A stretch of 64,000 nt of DNA from Monocercomonoides exilis PA203. Taxonomy: Eukaryota > Protista > Preaxostyla. Both the position numbers and the translations under genes were made by a program. The DNA is taken from assembly GCA_001643675.2 (NCBI GenBank), contig LSRY02000011.1, positions 310,001 through 374,000 on the forward strand, written 5' to 3'. The notes under the pieces are model-generated. The model was not told the DNA's origin. It saw nothing but the letters and a program-made list of their open reading frames with translations, and did no database searches. This document shows positions 11,228-20,767 of the stretch, one piece after another. Numbering within the stretch: position 1 is the first letter of the stretch; the number at the start of each line of letters is the position of its first letter.

Positions 11228-14200
11228 ATGAGCAGATGGTTTTCTTTTATATTTGTAGTTATTTTAAGTTTTTGCTTATTTATGAATCTGAATTTTTTGA
11301 AGGCGAATAAAATCGCGTCATTATGGCCTTGAGCTAAAGCAAATATCTCTTCCTCTTGTCGAAGCAACAAATCGACATCCATTAATACCTCTCTCTAATG
11401 AAAGGACATTAATTATAAATGATGATGATCCGCTTTCAATGACAAGCTCACTTTCAGAGATAGACTTTGAAACAGATCCATTGACATCTTTGACAATTGC
11501 AGAAGATGATCCACTTGCCGCAACTCCAAAGGGGGGAGAATCTCTGTTTATTCAGCAGTTAAAGTCGACCCGACCTGTTGTATGAATTGCATTTGCGCTT
11601 CTATTTCTAAAGTTTTTTATCATAATAATACTATTAGGAGTACTTTTCTTCAGAAACCATTAACAAATATACTTCAACGGGCATGCCAATACATTGATTC
11701 ATTTATTGTAAGTTTTTAATGCGAGCTTTTGCACGAATTATTGTGATGTTTATAATATAATGATGTAGATATTCCACAAATTCAATTTTCAATAACATTA
11801 GAAAAGCCAAACGACATTAAAGTCGACGATATAGAAGAACAGTTTAAGGTTACTTACGAAGATATAGCCAAACTTTTGGATCAAAGACTTGTTGAATTAA
11901 AGGAGGCATGGGATCGCAATCAGAGGATAAAAGTTCTGAAGATTGCGATTCAAGTGTGCACTCTTCTCACTGACGGACTTCACCCAACAATATTTCCGCG
12001 TCTTTTTGCATCGGCATCTGCGTTGTTGGATTGCTTTGGAGAAAATATTTTCCAGAGGCTTATGGTGATGTCTTTTGATTCCAAGACAAAAAGTGTGCTT
12101 ACAAATTAATTCAGTCTTTCATTGCAAGTTATTCTTCGTTTTCTCTTTGCATATGCAACAATGCTAATTTTCAATGAAAGCAACACAAAGTCTTGGCAAT
12201 GTGAGCACAGAAGCGAAGGAGTATCTTCAGTCTTGGCTGTATCAAATTACAGGAATCAGAGATGTGGTTACACGAACGTATGATTATTTAGTTAATACAA
12301 ATAAAATATTCGAATATTAAAAAATATTTATTTATTTTATTTTTATGTTTGCTTTTTAATATTCTTCTGCTCCTGCAATTTCCTTTGTGAATCGTATTAC
12401 CCATTCTTCCACCAACACATTCATCTCTTCTCATTCCCTCCCTTCAGCTTGCTCGAATCCTCCGTTCTCAAATCTCTCTGTTTCCTTCTCTCCAACCCTT
12501 TTCTGCCAGCACTCCAGCGGCTGCTCCGCCAGTGCAACGGTATCACCAACCCGATGATGGCAGCGTTTGTGCGGAGTTACGTGCTGAAGAAGGGGATGGA
12601 GCTGGATGTGAGCGACAGAAGGCTCTTCAGAGACAACTTCGGCTGGTTCTTTGTGAAGCTGAAGACAGCACTGAGCTATTCGGTTTGAGAGTGGTTGATG
12701 TGGATGCTTTTGCGTTTGAAATGTGGAGAAGGAGGAGGAGAAGGAGGAGAAGGAGTTCAATTGAAGAGAAATGAAATGAATTTATTTGGAGTAAATATTG
12801 TTAAAAAAAAGAATTGACTACAATCAACTGACAATATTTTCTTTTTTTTGAATCAATAATTATCATTTCATCTTCATTTGTCTATTTTTTTTACAATTTA
12901 TAAATCTTCAGTTGTATCTTTCGATGAAAGCAGAGAATGTTGATTATCCACAATATGTGAGGATATACACGCCATGCATTCAGATACACATCGCTTCAAT
13001 CATCCACGCTGCCCCTAATGTTTGCTGAATAAGAGCAATGTTTATTTTATTTTTCATATTGAAAATTTTTTTTGCTATGTTGACGTGATGTGAATGGTAA
13101 TTATTACAAACATTATAAGCACTTTTTTATTGATTCGCTTTCTTTCATTCAATTTTTCATATTATTCACAATCTTATTCCTTTCTTCATGTTTTGCATTC
13201 TTTTTCCATCTTTTCTCTCCAAAAATACAACTCAGGATGACATAGTTCAACTACTATTGGATGTCTATCAATCAACCAGACGCCCCATCATTCTTCATCA
13301 CATGTTCGAAATGGCTCCTTCTGCACAGATTGTTGCCCATGCTGAACAGATTGCGGAGCTTCTTTCTTCTGAAGAGAGAGTGCTGGCTGCTTTAGAGGGA
13401 GTTTGCCTTTTTTTTTAACCTATTTTATTTTGATTTCAAAATAATGTTGTTTCTTTCTTTCTTTCTTTCTTTGATATTTGCGTATTGATCGATAACTTCT
13501 GATCAAAATTTTTATTTTCCTTATCGCAATCATTCTTTTTGCATTGCCTCATCTCACCCCTTCCCCTTCTACCCTTCTTCAGCGTGAAGCCGTGATGCTC
13601 CAGCCAGAGAAAGAGCAAACACTCGATGTTCCCTCTGAGCTTATCTTTGAGTGCCCTCCATCTGCTTATGACCCCCGGCGCCTTGTGGAAGACTTCTGCT
13701 TCCACCTCACCCGTTCTCCAGCAGACTCCACTCAGCGTTCGTTTGTGTTTAGAGAGCTGCTGTCACTTTTGACACGCATGTCAAATTGCGAAGATTATTT
13801 GAAGGCTGTGTCGCCATTGCTGGACTATACTCTCAAATACTGCACGGTGTGGTTGATATGAAGGAAAAGTGAAAGCTTGGAAAGAGATTTTTTAAATATT
13901 AACTAGAAAAATTTAAAGTTAATTTGTGATTGTTCTTTGAATATGTAATCTTTTCTATTGAAATGTTTTTTATTTGAGTGATCTGCCATTATTTATTGTA
14001 TGCATTAATTTAATATTCTATATCTCTCAATGCATTTCCTTTTTTAATGTTTCAAACATCAGAAAGTTGAGCTTTTCCTTCTCTTTGACGACATCCACAG
14101 CCATTTCACTGCCTCTCCCTCGTTCATCCAACAGACAAAGACACTCATTTACTCTTCTTCTTCTTCCTCTTCCTCTTCTTCTGTTTCTAATCGTGTGTTT

Positions 14201-17200
14201 GATCCTTCTTCTGTTCCTGCCCTCAGAGCTGGCATTGCGCACACCACTCCACTCAGCCGCTCTCATTCTGCTTTTCCTTCTTCTTCTTCCTCTTCTTCCT
14301 CCTCCTCCTCCTCTTCTTTCTCTCATTCACATCCACAATCTTCCTTCAACCCATCCCCCATGAACGAATTCCCTCTTTTCCTGACTCCTCCTTCTTTGTC
14401 CTCTGCCCGCCCAGGTTTAATCCTCAACCCTCTCCTCTCTCCAATTGCCACTCTCACACAAGAACAGCAACTCACACCTTCAGCTGTTTCCTCTCTGAGC
14501 CAAAACACGTCTGCTTCTGAGGCGTCTGTCTCAGAAATTTCTCCTCTTTTCTCTTCCTCTTCCACTCTCTCCTCTTCTGCCCTTTCGCCTGTGCCTCCTC
14601 CACCTCGGACAGCCTCCTTCACAGCTGCCCAGCCATTTGAAGAGCTGCCTTTTGGATCTCACAACACACTCAACAGCTCCAATGGATTGTCTTCTTTACA
14701 TTCATCAACCTCATCATCATCGTCTTCTTTGTCTTCATCTTCTTTGGATGGCTCTACCAATCCAAATTTGCGTGTTAATCCTTCCAAGTCATCATCATCA
14801 TCTTCTTCTTCTTCATCCTCATTGTTTTCTTCTTCTTCTTCTTCTCTTCTCTTCTCCAACATGTCATCCTCTTCTCCCACTCCAACTGCTCCAAAAGTGC
14901 CTCTTCCTCCGCCTTCTCGTCCGGATTCACTGACTTCACATTTCCCTTCCACTTCTCATTCTTCTTTCACTCCACTCTCTCGCATTCATTCAGACATCAC
15001 TTCGTTTCATTCATCATCATCATCATCTTCTTCTTCTTCTTCTTCTCCTCCTTCTATTTTGACTTCTGCATTTGCACTGAGCATGCCTCTTACACAGATC
15101 TCAAATGCTATTTCTTCCATTCCCTCAACTCCCACATCATCTTCCCCATCAAGACAATCATCATCATCATCATCTTCTTCTTCTTCCTCATCTCACAAAC
15201 GCCAAAGCTCTTCTTCTTCTTCTTCTTCTTCTCTTTCTGACTCTGACCTATCATCCATCCCCTCCTTCTCCTCTCCTTCCTTCCTCTCCTCCTTCTACCC
15301 TCCACCCCCACCTCCTCCTCTCCCTTCCGCTCGCTTCCTGCCAGCCACACCAGAAAGTTCTCTTCTTTCCTCTCTTCTCCTCTCTGCTGCCTCTTCTCCC
15401 GAAAGAGCGGGCGCCGTCTGCGCGTTCTCCTCCTTCCAAAAGCTCTCTTCGTTTCTGACTGAAGATGAACAGCACGCCATCGGCGCAGCTCTCATCCAGT
15501 CTGTCTCCTCCTCTGCCTCTCCTCCTGTTGTCGATGCATTCGCTGCCTTGTTCCTCTTCCACAGCGCTCAAGACGCCTTCACAATGGATGCCTCATTCAA
15601 CAAGGGAGATAACAACAAGTGTAGAGCAGACGCTGTTTTGTCGTCGATCGCAGCAAAAGTCAACTTTGGCACGAATTTCGAGCAGCAGATCTCGTTTTAT
15701 GTGGAAATGAGGAAGTCATTCCAGTTTTATGAGGGGCTTCTGCCTCAGCTTGTCCTGCTGTCGAATTCATTGGCGATGAAAGTTTGCGGCTTATTCTTCT
15801 ATACTCCAATTAAACATTGGAACATATCTTTTTTTTATATTGTATTTATTTATTAATCATTTTCATTTCAATACTAATTCTCTATTTCATTTTCTCTCTC
15901 TCTCTCTCTCTCTCTCTTTCTCATTTCTTTATTTCTTTATTTCTTTATTTCTTTATTTATTTATTCAGATCATCTCCCACACGCGCAAGCGCCGGAGCAG
16001 CCGAGCAGTGAATGCCGTGAAAGGGTGTGTGGCATTCAGTGTGGTGACTGTGCCAGCCATCAACAGCGTCTTCCTGCGGCTGCATCTCCTCCTCCACACA
16101 GCAGAAGTTTCTCTCTGTGCGGGTCTCTATGGGCAGATAGACTCCATCTTGAGAGCCATCCTCTCGTTGCTCGCTGTCTTTGCTGCTCCTGTCGATGCAC
16201 TGAATGCAGCAGCAGCGAATACTTCGTCTTTGATTTCTTCTTCTTCTTCTTCTATGAATTCTTCATCGTTTCCATCATCAGCTTCCTCTTCTTCCTCCTC
16301 TTCTTCATTGTCTGCTCTATCTCCTCAAATAATATCTTATCTTTTGTCTGCCCCGCCAGCTGAAGTCGAAGCAAAACTTGTTGAATTCTTGTCTTCTCTC
16401 ATGTCTTTCCTCCTTGTTGTTCCAAGTATGCCTTTAAATATTCTTTATTTGTGTATATTTTGATATATTCATTCTTTTTTATATTTTGATTTTTGTGCTT
16501 CTCCTTCAATTCCATTTGTTATCTCCTTTCTTTTAATTTCTCATTTCAATTTTCTCTCCAGCTGTTCTTCTTCCCTCCTCTTCGTTTGCCATCATCCGCA
16601 ACATCCGCCGTATCATCACAGAAAGACGCTGGCGCGGAGAAAGCATGGCAAAAGGACTCATTTTGTGTCACATGGCCTCTCTTCTGGCTGCGATGACTCA
16701 GAAATCTTATATCTATCACGTGAGGAAAAGTATGGATGGCAGATGCGAAGAGAATTATTGTGCTTTTTCTTTCTTTCTTTCTTTCTTTCTTTATATTTGC
16801 AGATGACGAACTTGATTCTTTTGTTTGTTATATATAAATTGTTATCTTTTTTATTTTTTATTTTCTCATATTTTCCCTTTTTTTCTTGTCCAATTGCAAA
16901 TATTTTCTTTGTCTTTGCATCGTGCGGATTCTTCATTTCACATACAGTTGATAGCAACGATGTTCTGAAGGCAGCAGACGCTACGTTCAAAGAAGAGCTT
17001 ATTTGCATGTTTGATGAATGCATCGATTCAATTTGGTTTGAGATTCGAAGATTGAAAGATCTTCCATCAGAAGAGGTGTGATTTCAGTCAAATTTCTTCT
17101 TTCTTTACAATTAATTAATTATTTATATTTTAAATAATTTATTTTTTAATAATTATTTTTATTTTTATTTTATTTATTTCGTTATTATTTATCATCTTGT

Positions 17201-17564
17201 CTCACAGGCATGCCGAAGCACAATCGTCCTTGCAATCACATTTGTGGATTTTGGCATTTCTCTCTGCTCGCTGAATCTTACTCTTGCACAAGACATCACC
17301 TCTCTTGTGAAAATCTTCAAAATTAAGCTGTCTTCGCTCGAAAGCCGCAAACGGAACACTGTTCGAATAAAGTGTGCATTCGACATTTATTTTCTATTTT
17401 ATTAATTAAATTTTTCCACATCCTTCAACAGTGATGATCCAATTGAACCTCTCAGCAAGAGTGTGCTGAAGAAAATTGAGCGAATTGCCATCGCCGATCC
17501 AACTATACTTGGGCAAAAAATGCTCAAAAGCATCAGAAAAGAACGTTCAATTGTTTCTCACTGA
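11228..17564 (+). CDS. VPS35L: VPS35L/C16orf62, Retriever complex subunit (multi-exon, roughly a dozen or more introns)
   Basis: The spliced N-terminus MSRWRIKSRHYGLE...RHPL matches the VPS35L N-terminal belt/HPL motif, followed by repeated DPL motifs. Further matches: LKEAWDRNQRIKVLKIAIQVCTLL...FPRLFASASALLDCFG, AKEYLQSWLYQITGIRDVVTR, GITNPMMAAFVRSY, NFGTNFEQQISFYVEMRKSF and AVKGCVAFSVVTVPAI. These are collinear with recalled human VPS35L segments. Internal exon borders are approximate. Confidence 0.85.
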
Positions 17565-17670
17565 GAACATCTGATATTCTCACTCTATAAATTTTAGCGA
17601 TCATAACCATTTCATTGTTTTATATATTTTTGACAAAAAAAGTTTTTGATTTTTTAGAAATTATTAAGCA

Positions 17671-18252
17671 ATGTCAATTGACATTGAAGAAGATAGAGAA
17701 CTTATTGCTAAAAGAATCGAAGAAGTCAAACGAGAGATGCCTCATATGAACCCTTCAATCGAGGCAATGAAAGTTTTTAATGTTAACATTGTTATTGAAA
17801 AGAATATGAGCAAATGCAGTCTTGTCGGTATCTATTTTATTATAAAAGAACTCAATTGCTATTTCCTTTATTTTCGTTTCTGTAATTTTTCAGTTCCAAT
17901 GGATGGAATAACGAATGTTCATGGAACAGCGTTTGGAGGCTCCATTTATTGTGGATGCTTGCTATGTGGGTGGTCCTTAGTAAGTTGCATGCTTCCTAGT
18001 CATTCTGTTGTTGTTCAAACAGCAAGCATATCATATAAGAAGGCTGTGACTGGGCCATATATGATTTGTGCAGCTGAACTTGGGGAAGCTGAAGAAAAAG
18101 TTTTGGAAGATGTTCAATCACTGCGCAAAAAGCATGAAAAAGGAAAAATCCAAATTACTATTAAAGCATTTTCTTCTGAGAGCATCGAACAAACCGAATT
18201 ACAAAATGAACAAGTCATTTTTCAAGGACTATTCCACTGTGCTCCTCATTGA
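17671..18252 (+). CDS. YiiD C-terminal-like hotdog thioesterase (probable in-frame intron 17828-17893)
   Basis: VPMDGITNVHGTAFGGSIYCGCLLCGWSLV...VVVQTASISYKKAVTG matches the N-x-H-x-T-x-F-[GA]-G-S...GW signature of YiiD-type thioesterases. An AT-rich 66-nt GT...CAG segment interrupts the domain. Confidence 0.75.
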   Translation: MSIDIEEDRELIAKRIEEVKREMPHMNPSIEAMKVFNVNIVIEKNMSKCSLVGIYFIIKELNCYFLYFRFCNFSVPMDGITNVHGTAFGGSIYCGCLLCGWSLVSCMLPSHSVVVQTASISYKKAVTGPYMICAAELGEAEEKVLEDVQSLRKKHEKGKIQITIKAFSSESIEQTELQNEQVIFQGLFHCAPH

Positions 18253-18580
18253 ACATTTTTCAATTAGTTTTCATTTACAAATTTCTTTTTTTATCCATTT
18301 ATTTACAATTTTTATTTAAAATAAATAAGCTTAAAAATTATTCTACTTATCGATTCGCTTTTTTTTTAAAAATAAAAAATAAAAAGCATATTCAATGATT
18401 TTAAATTTTATATTGGATCAAATTGAATGAATAACGATATTGATTCTGATATGGTTTGATTAAACTTTTATTGTGGGAAGCCAAAATAGGAAATATGAAA
18501 CACAAACAGTATCGTTTTTTTGAAGAAAATTTTTCTTTTCAGAAATTTTGAACAACGAAGCTTTTGAAATAATTGAAGAA

Positions 18581-19447
18581 ATGAGCGAACTTCTTTCCGT
18601 ATACGATGAAAGCGTTGAATTTGGCGAACTTTGGGAATCGAAAGTGAGCGAAAGTGTATCCGTAAGATTTGTTGCAGACTTTGCTCGCATGGAAAGCTAC
18701 AATAGTGAAAGCGAAGCACTGGGAAAAGAAATATTGAAAAAGGTTGACGCAGAACTCATTGGTGGAGCGGTGAAGTTTGTTGTAAAGATATTGAAAGAGA
18801 TGGAGATTTATGAGGAAGAGGAGGAAGGGATTGAGATATGTCATGAGGATTGGGGCGTATTTGGAGAATTTGCATGCCCAATTGTAAAGGAGAGTTCAGA
18901 AACAATCGAATGGGAAAAGGAAGTTGAAGAAGTGATTATGTGGATGTTGGAAGTGCTTGTGCAATGGCTTGGACTGCGAATTGTGGAGCTGGGTCATGGC
19001 TTAGCGTTGTTTGTACGCGTATGCTGCAGTGAAGGATTTGGGTGCATAGGGCAGAATGGAAGGCGGAATAGTAGCTGGTGCAATTTGATTTGTCTGATTG
19101 TTGGGTGCTGTGCTGTGTTGGGAATGAAACATAGCTGCGATCGTGGAGTTCGACGAGGATGGACTCTTCCAGTGTTAGGTATTAACAGCGAAGTGATGGA
19201 GCAAATGGAACTCAGCGTACTTGACTGTCTCGAATGGAGAATTGAAGTGGAGGAAGAAGTGTTATTGGCTCATTTGAAAGCCATTAGCACCCCAATGCAT
19301 GGTGGCTATTTATACATCTTTCAAGGTTTTTCAGTCGAAAGACAATCAGATGAAATAGAAAAATATACAAAGAATGAGGACTGCATGCTCTATGTGGAAA
19401 GAGTTAAAGAAGAAAAACGGATAAAAGTGCTTGAAATGGATGCTTGA
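18581..19447 (+). CDS. Divergent PHO80/cyclin-P-like cyclin-box protein
   Basis: The frame is open from 18548 with its first ATG at 18581. HGLALFVRV...NLICLIVGCCAVLGMKHSCD...LGINSEVMEQMELSVLDCLEWRIEV fits the cyclin-box pattern K-x-x-x-D ... E-x-x-x-L-x-x-L-x-W-x-[IL]. The start is uncertain. Confidence 0.55.
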   Translation: MSELLSVYDESVEFGELWESKVSESVSVRFVADFARMESYNSESEALGKEILKKVDAELIGGAVKFVVKILKEMEIYEEEEEGIEICHEDWGVFGEFACPIVKESSETIEWEKEVEEVIMWMLEVLVQWLGLRIVELGHGLALFVRVCCSEGFGCIGQNGRRNSSWCNLICLIVGCCAVLGMKHSCDRGVRRGWTLPVLGINSEVMEQMELSVLDCLEWRIEVEEEVLLAHLKAISTPMHGGYLYIFQGFSVERQSDEIEKYTKNEDCMLYVERVKEEKRIKVLEMDA

Positions 19448-20424
19448 GTTTAATGGGAGCGAATGTAGTGGAATTGATTTGATATTTGGAAATGAGTAGG
19501 ATATGGTTGACAACTTGTTTTCTTTTGGTTCAAAGTTTAATCTTCATGACATTCTTCACATTGATCATTTAGTTGTTCGTGTTTTTAAGAGAGCTTGGAA
19601 GAGCAGGAAGCAAGGATAAACCGAATGAGTTTTGTGATATTTTCAATGGCCATTTGGCCATGGAATAATTTTATATTTATTCATTTTATTCCTGTTTGAT
19701 TTGTTGTAATGAAAAAAAATTTTTTTCGATTTTTTTTTTAAAATTTTGAGTTAAATGTTGTATTATTGGTCAAATAACCACTAATGCTGTGTTTTGGCCA
19801 TTTTTTCGGTTTGTTTTCTTTTATTTCACTCTTTTTAATATTTTTTGAGTTGATTTTAGAGCATATTATTTTTTTGTTATTCTTAAAGTTTTGAGTTAGT
19901 TTTTTATGAAAAAAATTTTTCTTCCTTTTTTTAATAGAAAATTTTTGTTTTTCGAATTTTTTTTTCATTTGGTTGGATTTTTGTTAACATTTGTGTTTAT
20001 GATATTTGCTTTGCGTGTGTGTGCCAGTGCGATATATTTGTGTGCACCGGATGGTGCATCAATGTAATTTTCGAGTGTTTGCTTGTGATGCTTCATTTTC
20101 TATTGTTTAATTATTGAGTGCTACTTTCCTCTGAGAGTTCTTATTCTCATCCACGCTTTTTAAGCTTTAATCTTATTCTTTTGATATCATCACATCAGAA
20201 CAGTTGCATGCATCCGGTGTACATAGAAATTTGCAATATTTTTTTTGTTTTCTAACCTTGCAGTTTCATAGATTTCTTAAATAAAAAAGAAAATTAAACA
20301 AAAAGAAAAAAAAAAAAAAGAATTATCACAGACTGTTAACAAACGAGAATATTGGTTTTTTTTCCTTTGTGAATTTCCATTAATTATTAATCCTTTCTGC
20401 TTACATTATTATTTTTTTATAATT

Positions 20425-20428
20425 AAAT

Positions 20429-20459
<31 letters not shown>

Positions 20460-20583
20460 TATATTTATATATTTATTTATATATTTATTTATATATTTAT
20501 ATATTTATTTATATATATATTTATTTATTTATTTTTTTTTTTTATTTTTTATTTTTTATTTTTTATTTTATTTTTTTTTTTTT
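20425..20583. repeat. AT-rich (TTTA/TATA)n low-complexity microsatellite
   Basis: Directly visible tandem tttattta/tatattta units and T runs. Confidence 0.85.
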
Positions 20584-20767
20584 GCTTAATTCTATTGATT
20601 GAAAGAGAATCAGAAATGAATAGCAAATAAAAATTTTGATTTTTTGAGTATCTTCGAATTAAAAAGTGAATAGTTTTTTCTAACATTCAATAAGAAAAGA
20701 CCAATTGTAATTTTTTCACAAAACAAAAGTGTTATTCAATTAAAAACCCACTTACAATTACTTGTTG

